Below are positions 31,001-38,530 of a stretch of DNA of 50,728 nucleotides, in pieces. The notes below the pieces were generated by a model. The model was not told the DNA's origin. It was given only the letters and a program-made list of their open reading frames with translations, and ran no database searches. The position numbers were made by a program, and so were the translations under genes. The DNA comes from Anaerohalosphaeraceae bacterium. GTDB taxonomy: Bacteria; Planctomycetota; Phycisphaerae; Sedimentisphaerales; Anaerohalosphaeraceae. Location of the stretch: the NCBI GenBank assembly GCA_050309605.1, contig JBNRMN010000053.1, forward strand, positions 1 through 50,728, read 5' to 3'. Position 1 is the first letter of the stretch. Every line of letters begins with the position of its first letter.

Positions 31001-31313
31001 TGCGGCTCCAGTTCTGCACGCTGTGCTGTGTGGCCCAGAATTGCAGCGTTACCGCAGAATACCCTTGCAGCAAATTGCTGCCCAGCACCACATAATCCGA
31101 CTGATTGCGTGCCCCGCCGGTCAAGACCACTTCCGTCGCAGTCAAATAGGCCTGATTGGTACCGACCGATACGATCTGGGCCTCACTGCCGCCGACCGAA
31201 TCCAGCAGATCCCCGTTAAAACTCCACCGATGGACCAGTGTCGCCGCCGACGCATCGGCCATCAGAGCCAAAACCACAATCCAACTCATCCACGCTAAAA
31301 ACGTCTTCATCAT
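28035..31313 (-). CDS. Rhamnogalacturonan lyase (PL11, YesW-like) with N-terminal LamG, PA14 and dockerin-like domains
   Basis: RQMEWLDRGVVA, VGDLTGDGKYEIIVKWDP, NIRAGAHY, YGNRVDRF, GLGHGDALH, NGTK, DWREE, YNQP; PA14 (GDYTFWVSADD); doubled DxNGD dockerin-like tail. Confidence 0.92.
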   Translation of the reverse strand: MMKTFLAWMSWIVVLALMADASAATLVHRWSFNGDLLDSVGGSEAQIVSVGTNQAYLTATEVVLTGGARNQSDYVVLGSNLLQGYSAVTLQFWATQHSVQNWSRIFDFGSGNGEFLMMSWSRGTNTNQDRVEWWDAATTTSDDTNAPYALGVEYHIAMVIESGLGVTGQTRVTWYAAPASQDVLGLARGSFDTPNTLADLNDVYNWLGRSFWTADYTANAAYNEVRIWNGALTRPQLDALHQLGPDEIQQPQEPDEQPSTLGLRQMEWLDRGVVAVRCSSSEVFISWRLLGTEWKKDIGFHIYRNGTRITAAPITGATNYIDTTSVNGIYRVSAVIDGIEQQPCEPVAVWTTPYLEIPLLRPAGGTTPDGVNYTYSPNDLSVGDLTGDGKYEIIVKWDPSNSKDNAHSGYTGNVYLDAYTLDGTFMWRIDLGVNIRAGAHYTQFIVYDLDGNGRAEIACRTAPGTIDGQGNFVLLTGDNPYADYRNSSGYILTGPEYLTVFDGLTGAALATTPFYPNRGNVRDWGDTYGNRVDRFLAGVAYLDGERPSLIMARGYYGPQSGLPARNEIVAYNWRDGQLSQVWYFKAGLRINNNINVEYIGQGNHSLAIADVTGNGKDDIIYGSATIRHDGTGLYSTGLGHGDALHVSNMDPTRPGFEVFMPHESPGSNGGVGASFRDAATGQVLWSTTATSDVGRGVAFDVDPRYPGYEAWATNSGALYSAKGELISSSRPSRVNFGVWWDGDLLRELLDGTVIDKWNWNTNSLNRMLTAYNDGAAQNNGTKANPGLAADLLGDWREEVIWRHSDNTRLLVFTTTIPTAHRLYTLMHDPVYRMSVAWQNVAYNQPTHPGFFLGEGMAPPPTPRIRYAGVPEEGILWQWWKDIPGWSIRELLEHPNFPDNPDGKTYIDRLETPRDWSDYYGSRLRGYLIPPETGDYTFWVSADDTARLLLSSDARAENAQIIAVVPENTGYHQWDKFEYQQSAPMPLVAGRKYYIEALHKENAGGDHLAVAWQGPMFGQQIIETPYLRPWRGEFFGDLNGDGVVDGGDLVQLAEWWLLADCDLPLHIDLNGDCTVGFSDFSIIARQWLGLTGN

Positions 31314-31435
31314 AAACCCCACAATCTGCATCCTGATTTATCACACACTATTATCGGTTTTTCACCGGCGGTGTTTCAGCATTATTTTGCATCCCAGCCC
31401 CCCAAAATACCCCCGACAAGCCGTTTTGGCTCCCC

Positions 31436-33568
31436 TTACTGCCGACATGACTCAATCGGCCCGACGCGTTGCGGGACCTGCTGCCAGGTCGTCGGATTGG
31501 GCGTAACCGCCAGCGCATCGTTATCCATAATCAGCACCGCGACGGTATCGGAAAAGGTGCTTTGGCCGTCCTGGACGGTAAAGCGAAATGACCCCATCCC
31601 CGCAAAACCGGCATCGGCGGTAAACTGCGCGGTATGGCCGTCTTCCAGCAGCACGACCGAGCCGCGTTCAGCGGAAGATACACTGAACGTCTGTCCATCG
31701 CCGAATCCTTCGGTGTATCGCCGCAGGTCAACCGTAACCGACGCCCCGCTGCCGACGCGCGTGTGCGGCCCGGCCAGCCAGTTAAGATAAACTTCCAGAT
31801 TGGTGTAACCGTTGCCGGCGAGATCGCCGTTGTGATCGGGCACAAGCGGATTCTGCCCCATGGCCCGTTCCCAATAGTCGGGCATGCCGTCGTCGTCGGT
31901 ATCCGTCGGGGGCGCTGCGCCGGTCACCGGTCCGACGCCGTTAAACGGCGCGTCGTTCTCATCGGCGATGATCTGCCCCAAAACACCCACCGAACGCAGT
32001 TCGGTCATCAGCCGCTGATCGGTTCGGTCGCGGGCGGGCAGATACGCCCCGGCCCGCGAAGCGGCCACCTTATAGGCCGTCGTTGCATCCAGCAGCGTTT
32101 GGACGCCGGGATAATCAAACGGCTCGTCCATCCAGCTAACCGGTCCATAGGCGGACTTGGCAATCACGCCGCCGTTGAGCACACCGTCGCGATCGGCGTC
32201 CTGATAATTGTTCGCCGCGTACAAACGGAAGTTGGTATTGGCCCGCGAAAACGGCGACGACCCGGTGTTTGGCCCGTTGACAAAATAATTGTTCACGATA
32301 TTGGCATACGAATCACCGGCGGTATCGCCGAGGATATAGCCGGCCACACGCCAGTTATAGACGACGTTATTAACAAAATCGTTGACGCCCTTGACCTTGG
32401 GATTGCGGGTATGGTTGTCGATATAGACGCTGCGAAAGATGCTGGTATTGTTCCATTCGATCAGGCTGCCGCACGAGTGCGAATGCAGTCCCAGCGCAAT
32501 CAAACAGTTCTGAATGGTGAAGTGGCCTTCGTTGGCGCCCGGCCCCGAAGAGGCAATGGAAAAATTCTCGTCGCGTCCCCACGAGACCGAACAATGATCC
32601 CAGATCATATTCGTGCCGTGGGCTACGGCGATGCCGTCTGCACCGCTGTCGCCGACCCGTCCCATTCGGTAGCGCATAAACCGCGTGATGCTGTCGTTGG
32701 CGTTGGAATAAGACACACCGTTGCCGTAAATCACCACGCCGTCGCCGGGTGCGGTCTGGCCGGCGATGGTCAGATTGCGCGACAGAATAACCCGACTCTG
32801 AATCCGAATCACACCGCCGACATCGAAGAGGACATAGCGATTAGGCTGACTGACTGCATCGCGAAACGACCCCGGCCCGGAATCGTTCAGGTTGGTAACC
32901 CGATAGACCGACCCGCCGCGCCCGCCTCCGGCCCAGCGGCCGAATCCCTCAGCTCCGGGAAACGCCAGTACCCGCGTGCGAAACGTCCACAGGTCGCCGG
33001 TAATCGTGCCGTCGGCAGTCACGCTGTCCACCCGCCAGTAGTAGCGGGTATAGGGCTGCAACGGCGGCGTTGTCATCTGATTGGCCGTCGTGCCGCCCAG
33101 CAAAGACGGCGTCTCGGTCGTGCCGAAATACACCTGATAACTATCGACCCCATCCGTTCCCGTCCAGCTCAGCGTCAACGTATCGACCGGATAGTTCACA
33201 TCGGCGGCGTTGTGCGACGGCGACGGGGCATAAGCGCGTCCGGTCTCGGTCGAAAACCGCCACACATCGCCTTCCGATGTGCCCGACGCATTCTGTGTAT
33301 TGACCCGCCAGTAAGATGTCTTGCCCGACTGGGTCTGCACGGTTGCACGGTCGGCGGTAACCCCATCAGCGACAATCGGATTGCCGTAATCGAGCCGAAG
33401 CTCGCGCGCCGCTCGGCCGGTACCGGTATCATCCATCGTGCGATTGTCGGCGATACGCTCACAATGCCACACTCCCGCCGCATAGCGATCATCCGCGGGC
33501 GGCTCAGCCGCCCAAACCACCCCCAGAGCCGTCAATAAGTACACCGTTGAGACCTTCGTCCATCCCAT
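31436..33568 (-). CDS. Pectate lyase (PL1-type beta-helix) with Fn3-like and Ig-like accessory domains; C-terminus possibly truncated
   Basis: AFPGAEGFG...GGRGG, VTNLNDSGPGSFR, IAGQTAPGDG, WDHCSVSWGRDE, RNPK, DTDDDGMPDYWE; AGGAG RBS before MGWTKV. Confidence 0.85.
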   Translation of the reverse strand: MGWTKVSTVYLLTALGVVWAAEPPADDRYAAGVWHCERIADNRTMDDTGTGRAARELRLDYGNPIVADGVTADRATVQTQSGKTSYWRVNTQNASGTSEGDVWRFSTETGRAYAPSPSHNAADVNYPVDTLTLSWTGTDGVDSYQVYFGTTETPSLLGGTTANQMTTPPLQPYTRYYWRVDSVTADGTITGDLWTFRTRVLAFPGAEGFGRWAGGGRGGSVYRVTNLNDSGPGSFRDAVSQPNRYVLFDVGGVIRIQSRVILSRNLTIAGQTAPGDGVVIYGNGVSYSNANDSITRFMRYRMGRVGDSGADGIAVAHGTNMIWDHCSVSWGRDENFSIASSGPGANEGHFTIQNCLIALGLHSHSCGSLIEWNNTSIFRSVYIDNHTRNPKVKGVNDFVNNVVYNWRVAGYILGDTAGDSYANIVNNYFVNGPNTGSSPFSRANTNFRLYAANNYQDADRDGVLNGGVIAKSAYGPVSWMDEPFDYPGVQTLLDATTAYKVAASRAGAYLPARDRTDQRLMTELRSVGVLGQIIADENDAPFNGVGPVTGAAPPTDTDDDGMPDYWERAMGQNPLVPDHNGDLAGNGYTNLEVYLNWLAGPHTRVGSGASVTVDLRRYTEGFGDGQTFSVSSAERGSVVLLEDGHTAQFTADAGFAGMGSFRFTVQDGQSTFSDTVAVLIMDNDALAVTPNPTTWQQVPQRVGPIESCRQ

Positions 33569-33791
33569 CGCACATCTCCTGGCCAAAACAACCCCACTTG
33601 CGGACAATGTGAATGCGTTTTGTCACCTATTTATATACTCTGTCGCATTCGTTTTGTTATGGTTATGGCCGTCGGACGAAAATTTTCGCCGGAATTGTCG
33701 AAATTAAAGTCAAAATTTGAATTCATTGCCCTATTTCCACGAGATAGGAGCACTGTGTAATCCCGACTTACAGGAGAAAAAGGCTGAGGAA

Positions 33792-34514
33792 CTATTGCTT
33801 TTTTTGGGTAATCAAAAAGGTCAGCCGACTGGTCAGTACCGCCGCGATGATCCCGACAACAGCCGTGGCCGCATCCGCCCACCACGCTGTCTTGTCAAAC
33901 AGCGGCGCCGATGCCCATACTCCCGCCAGCATCGCCAGGGGCAGTGACACGGCAACCAGCAGCCAGGCCGCGCGATGGGGACGAAGGTGCAGATAGCGCT
34001 CAATGTGCTGTATCCATATCAAACTCAGGCCGGCATAAGCCGTGAAATGAAAAACCGTGTTCAGGTGATATTGCGGATACAATAAGGTCAAATCCGAAAG
34101 ATTGGAAATGACAAATACAGACATCAGCGAGGCTGATAATAGGGCCGGCCAAAAATGGAACACACTCAACACGACCATCGCCAGCGTGATACCAACCAGA
34201 TTGGCCAGAAAATCACTGACCATCGGCGTTCGCCCGACAAAGCCCTGAAGATACTCATCCAGCGCTCCGTACACGACCATGACTCCAATCACCCACCAGG
34301 TCTTCGGTTGATTCCAGCGAACACGATGATAGGGATTGACCGCACACCACACCAAAAACGTCAGGACAAAATACGCCATCAGGTGCATCGTTTTGTCGCT
34401 CATACCGCTTTTTCGTGCAATCTCAGGCACGGGGATATGCGTCAACACAAACACCAGCGGCCAATAGACGGCCAGGGCAATCAGGATGTATTTATGCCGG
34501 CGCAATAACCTCAT
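33792..34514 (-). CDS. VanZ-family membrane protein
   Basis: SDKTMHLMAY and YGALDEYLQGFVGR...DFLAN; multiple TM helices. Confidence 0.85.
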   Translation of the reverse strand: MRLLRRHKYILIALAVYWPLVFVLTHIPVPEIARKSGMSDKTMHLMAYFVLTFLVWCAVNPYHRVRWNQPKTWWVIGVMVVYGALDEYLQGFVGRTPMVSDFLANLVGITLAMVVLSVFHFWPALLSASLMSVFVISNLSDLTLLYPQYHLNTVFHFTAYAGLSLIWIQHIERYLHLRPHRAAWLLVAVSLPLAMLAGVWASAPLFDKTAWWADAATAVVGIIAAVLTSRLTFLITQKKQ

Positions 34515-34582
34515 CTGAATCTATTCCTGTGCCTTCCGACATAAATCGCCGACCTTCGAAGTGAGCATACGACGCCGCCGGT

Positions 34583-35962
34583 TTAATGGTCCACCGGCTC
34601 GCCCAGATAACCTTTCAGTTCATCGAGCTTTTCCGTGAGTAAATCCGGCGTTTTGGCCTCGACGTTCAGACGCAGCAGCGGCTCGGTGTTACTGGGGCGC
34701 ACATTAAACCACCAGTCTTTGAATTGCACGGTGACGCCGTCCAGATCGTCCACCTGACCCTGACTGTAGCGGCGCGCCAGCTCCTTCATCGCAACGTCCT
34801 TGTCTTCCACTCGGAAATTGATTTCGCCGCTGTTGCTGTAGCGTTTGAGCGGCGCGACCAACGCGCTGACGGGCTGGTCCGAGGCGCTGAGGATATTGAG
34901 CATATGCACCAGCGTAATCATTCCGGAATCGGCGTAAAAATTATCGCGGTAATAAAAGTGCCCGCTCAGTTCGCCGCCAAAGACGCCGTGGCAATCCCGC
35001 AGCGTCTTTTTCATATAGGCGTGGCCGACCCGTTCGCGTCGCGGCGTGCCGCCGTGTCTGAGGATTTCTTCCGGCAGGACATGGCTGCTGCGCAAATCAT
35101 ACACCACCGCCGAGCCGGGATATTTTTTGAGGAAGTAGGGAACCATCAATGCACACATCAGATCACAGGGCACTGTCCGGCCCTGTTCATCGACCATCAT
35201 CAGCCGATCGGCATCGCCGTCAAAACAAAAGCCCATGTCGGCCTGTTGGGTGCGGACGGTTTCTTTCAGTTCACGAAGATTGGCCTCAACCAGCGGATTG
35301 GGGTCGTGTTTGAACGTGCCGTCGTGTGTCAGGTTCAGGCCGATCAGCTCGACGTTTTTCAGGTCGCCGAAAATCATCGGCACGATTTTTCCCGCCATGC
35401 CATTGCTCGCATCGACCACAAACTTGAGCGGTTTTCGCATCGGCTCCAGAAACTTCAAAACGTGTTTTTTATATTCTTTTGATAAATCGCAGTGTTCCAC
35501 CGACCCGTCCAGGCGCCCCTTGGTGTGCAGCAGGGCCAGGGCAATGTGCTTGATGTCTTTGAGGCCGGTGTCGGCGCCGATGGGCTTGGCCTGCTGGCCG
35601 GAGATCTTAAATCCGTTGTACTGAGCGGGATTATGGCTGGCGGTCACCTGAACACCGCCGCAGGTCCCCAGATGATTGATCGCAAAATACATCTGCGGCG
35701 TATCAATCATCCCGATATCAATGACATTGGCGCCGGCGGCGTTCATCCCGTGGATCAGCGCCTGGGTCAATGCCGGGCTGTGCTTTCGCATATCGTGCCC
35801 GACGCACAGGCTCTGGGCGTTGGCCATCCCCCGATCGTACCCGCGAAGCAGTGATCTGAGAAACTGCGCAGCAGCGTGCCCGATCTTCCAGGCGGCCTCT
35901 TCGTCCACCTGCTCGCCGTAAAGGCCCCGAATATCATACGCCTTGAAAATCGTTGGATCCAT
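34583..35962 (-). CDS. manB: Phosphomannomutase/phosphoglucomutase
   Basis: FKAYDIRG, TASHNP phosphoserine loop, FDGDADR, GGELSGH, RPSNTEPLLRLNVE. Confidence 0.92.
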   Translation of the reverse strand: MDPTIFKAYDIRGLYGEQVDEEAAWKIGHAAAQFLRSLLRGYDRGMANAQSLCVGHDMRKHSPALTQALIHGMNAAGANVIDIGMIDTPQMYFAINHLGTCGGVQVTASHNPAQYNGFKISGQQAKPIGADTGLKDIKHIALALLHTKGRLDGSVEHCDLSKEYKKHVLKFLEPMRKPLKFVVDASNGMAGKIVPMIFGDLKNVELIGLNLTHDGTFKHDPNPLVEANLRELKETVRTQQADMGFCFDGDADRLMMVDEQGRTVPCDLMCALMVPYFLKKYPGSAVVYDLRSSHVLPEEILRHGGTPRRERVGHAYMKKTLRDCHGVFGGELSGHFYYRDNFYADSGMITLVHMLNILSASDQPVSALVAPLKRYSNSGEINFRVEDKDVAMKELARRYSQGQVDDLDGVTVQFKDWWFNVRPSNTEPLLRLNVEAKTPDLLTEKLDELKGYLGEPVDH

Positions 35963-36014
35963 AGTACGCTCCGAAAGAATACCCGCTTAATCCTATAGCA
36001 AAACAAGCAAACGT

Positions 36015-36043
36015 ATCGTAAACCCGCACCGACCGAATGTCAA
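36015..36043 (-). promoter_or_regulatory. Sigma70-like promoter of the phosphomannomutase gene
   Basis: TTGACA-N17-TACGAT. Confidence 0.65.
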
Positions 36044-36138
36044 CCCATAAAGCCGTAAAACGGGCACAAAGGGAACCTGCCGATAAGTGAGAACAAGACC
36101 TCCGGAAGGCGATATAGTGCAACCACAAAACAGCCATC

Positions 36139-37131
36139 TCAGAACTGTTCAAGAAAACGCCGATCGTTTTCAAACAACAGCCGAATATCAGTGATGCCGT
36201 ATTTCTTCATTGCCAGCCGCTCGATACCGAAGCCGAACGCCCAGCCGGTATAGGTTTCGCTGTCGATGCCGACGCTGTCAAAGACATTGGGGTCCACCAT
36301 CCCGCAGCCGCCGATTTCCATCCAGCTTTCACGGCCGGATTTATCGACCCACAGGATATCGACCTCGCAGCTCGGCTCGGTAAAGGGGAAAAAACTCGGT
36401 CGAAACCGCCACTGGGTATCGGCTCCGAAAAAGGTGTGGATAAACTGGTTGATGCTGCTTTTGAGGTCCACCATCGTGATGCCCTCATCGACCACCAGAG
36501 CCTCCAGCTGATGGAACATAAACATATGCGTCGCGTCCACCGTGTCCGGACGATACACCCGGCCCGGCGCAACAACACGAATCGGGGGTTTTTGATGCTC
36601 CATTACGCGAATCTGAATCGTGGAGGTCTGGCTTCGCAGGAGCATCGAATCGCTGATGTAAAAATTGTCCATCGGATCACGCGCCGGGTGCTCCGGCGGA
36701 ATGTTCAGGGCGACAAAGTTGTGCCATTCATCTTCGACCTCCGGCCCATAGGCAACAGCAAACCCCATCCGCCCAAAGATCTCCAGCAATTCCGAGATGG
36801 TTTGCATAATGATATGGCGCTTGCCCAGACGAACGGGAATACCGGGCAGTGTCACATCCTCCAGCGGGCCGGTCTGGGTCCGGGCGGCCTGAAATTGTTC
36901 TTTGAGCGACTCAAACGCAGCGGTCACTTCCTGCTTGACGCGATTGGCCAGTTGGCCGCCTTCTCGACGATCCTCCGGCGCAAGCGTGCCGATTTGACTG
37001 AGCATCTGCGTCACCTGTCCTTTGCGCCCCAGATACTTGACACGCCAGGCCTCCAGCGCATCGGCGTCCTGCACCGCTTTGAGTTCATTCAGTGCCTGAT
37101 CGCCTATTTGTGAAAATTCCACGAGTTTCAC
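36139..37131 (-). CDS. pheS: Phenylalanine-tRNA ligase alpha subunit
   Basis: HPARDPMDNFY, DATH..MFHQLE, RPSFFPFTEPS, AFGFGIERLAM. Confidence 0.97.
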   Translation of the reverse strand: MKLVEFSQIGDQALNELKAVQDADALEAWRVKYLGRKGQVTQMLSQIGTLAPEDRREGGQLANRVKQEVTAAFESLKEQFQAARTQTGPLEDVTLPGIPVRLGKRHIIMQTISELLEIFGRMGFAVAYGPEVEDEWHNFVALNIPPEHPARDPMDNFYISDSMLLRSQTSTIQIRVMEHQKPPIRVVAPGRVYRPDTVDATHMFMFHQLEALVVDEGITMVDLKSSINQFIHTFFGADTQWRFRPSFFPFTEPSCEVDILWVDKSGRESWMEIGGCGMVDPNVFDSVGIDSETYTGWAFGFGIERLAMKKYGITDIRLLFENDRRFLEQF

Positions 37132-37161
37132 GACAATTCCCGTTGGGCAAACACAGAGCGG

Positions 37162-37515
37162 TTACAGTGCGGCTTTGGCCTTTTCGACAAGGACATCAAA
37201 CCCCTGCGCATCAAAAATCGCGATTTCGCTGAGCATCTTTCGATTCAGGGCGATGCCGGCCCTTTTCAGGCCATTGATGAACTGGCTGTAGCGAATCCCC
37301 CGCTGTCGGCAGGCGGCGTTAAGACGGATGATCCACATCCCGCGATATTGACGCTTTTTCTGCCTGCGGCCGATACGCGCGTTGACAAGAGCATTGATCC
37401 GCGCCTCTTTGGCCAGACGATAATTGCGGCTTGTCGCCCCGCGATACCCGCGAACATCTTTCATGATGCGTTTGCGCGCTTTGCGCGTCGCAGCACCTTT
37501 TCGTACTCTTGGCAT
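37162..37515 (-). CDS. rplT: 50S ribosomal protein L20
   Basis: MPRVRKG...KKRQYRGMWIIRLNAA...YSQFINGLK...LNRKMLSEIA; GAAAGGA RBS. Confidence 0.97.
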   Translation of the reverse strand: MPRVRKGAATRKARKRIMKDVRGYRGATSRNYRLAKEARINALVNARIGRRQKKRQYRGMWIIRLNAACRQRGIRYSQFINGLKRAGIALNRKMLSEIAIFDAQGFDVLVEKAKAAL

Positions 37516-37603
37516 ACCAGCATTTCCTTTCTTTGTGTAACTGGCGGTCCGCTGCGGCAGCTGATGGAGCCGAGAAGCGAAACCGATCCTGTAGGATTCT
37601 CGT

Positions 37604-37798
37604 TTACTGACCGAGCGCCGTGCGGAAGGCCTGCGCTTTGGCGCCGGCAACCACCGTAGCCTGACGCAGACGACGACGGCGCTTGGCCGTCTTGCCGCTC
37701 ATCAGGTGACCGGCGTTGCAGCGATTTCGCTTGACCTTGCCGGTAGCGGTGATTTTTACCCGCTTGGAAAGCCCTTTATGGGTTTTTTGTTTCGGCAT
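37604..37798 (-). CDS. rpmI: 50S ribosomal protein L35
   Basis: MPKQKTHKG..KRVKITATGKVKR...HL. Confidence 0.97.
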   Translation of the reverse strand: MPKQKTHKGLSKRVKITATGKVKRNRCNAGHLMSGKTAKRRRRLRQATVVAGAKAQAFRTALGQ

Positions 37799-37864
37799 AT
37801 AAGTTCTTCCTGTTAAAGAAATTAAGAATTCAGCGCAAAAGTCCGCTCACAAACAAGACCCGAT

Positions 37865-37893
37865 ATGTTAGGTCAGCTTGCCGTTGCTGTCAA
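37865..37893 (-). promoter_or_regulatory. Sigma70-like promoter for rpmI-rplT-pheS
   Basis: TTGACA-N17-TAACAT in the infC-rpmI intergenic region. Confidence 0.65.
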
Positions 37894-37950
37894 GGGGATA
37901 TTTGCGATTTTTAGCGTTTTATCGCATTTTTCATCGTCATTTGAACGATT

Positions 37951-38469
37951 TTAGACCTGTTTGACGGGGACCAGCACCATCGTCATCCGCCGACCGAGCA
38001 ACACCGGCGGCCGCTCGGGCTTGGCTTTGTCCTGCAGGCTCTGGACGATATAGTCCATGGTGTCCTGAGCCTGCTGCTGGTACATCATCTCCCGGCCGCG
38101 AAACAGCATCGTAAACTGGACTTTGTGTCCCTTTTCGAGGAATTTTTCGGCCTGATGCATCTTGATGTCGCGATCATGTTCGTCGGTCTTCGGACGCAGG
38201 CGAATTTCCTTGAGGACGACGGTGTGCTGTTTTTTGAGATTTTGTTTGATTTTGCGTTTTTGCTGGTAAAGATACTTGCCGTAATCCATAATCCGGCACA
38301 CCGGCGGCGAGGATGTCGGAGCGACCTCCACCAGATCCAAACCCGCTTCACGAGCGCGTTCCAGCGCCTCGGTAACGGGGACGATGCCGAGTTGCTGATT
38401 GTTGTCGTCGATCAGCCGAACGGGGCTGATACGAATACGCTCATTGATTCTCAAATTGTCCTTGCTGAT
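37951..38469 (-). CDS. infC: Translation initiation factor IF-3 (non-canonical ATC start)
   Basis: RINERI..VRLID, LDLVEV..PPVCRIMDYGK, KEIRLRP, FRGRE. No in-frame ATG near the start; GAAAGGT precedes ATC AGC AAG. Confidence 0.95.
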   Translation of the reverse strand: MSKDNLRINERIRISPVRLIDDNNQQLGIVPVTEALERAREAGLDLVEVAPTSSPPVCRIMDYGKYLYQQKRKIKQNLKKQHTVVLKEIRLRPKTDEHDRDIKMHQAEKFLEKGHKVQFTMLFRGREMMYQQQAQDTMDYIVQSLQDKAKPERPPVLLGRRMTMVLVPVKQV

Positions 38470-38530
38470 AGCTGTGTACCTTTCAAAAAATTAAGTTTCC
38501 AATGACGGCCTTTACGCTTAGGCGGCGTCC

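Noticed and set aside
37516..37650. N-terminal extensions in the ORF track (rplT, also 10517, 11269, 15131, 16233, 23462, 25177, 33607)
   Set aside because: Downstream starts have better RBSs, give proper signal peptides or family N-termini, and avoid overlaps.
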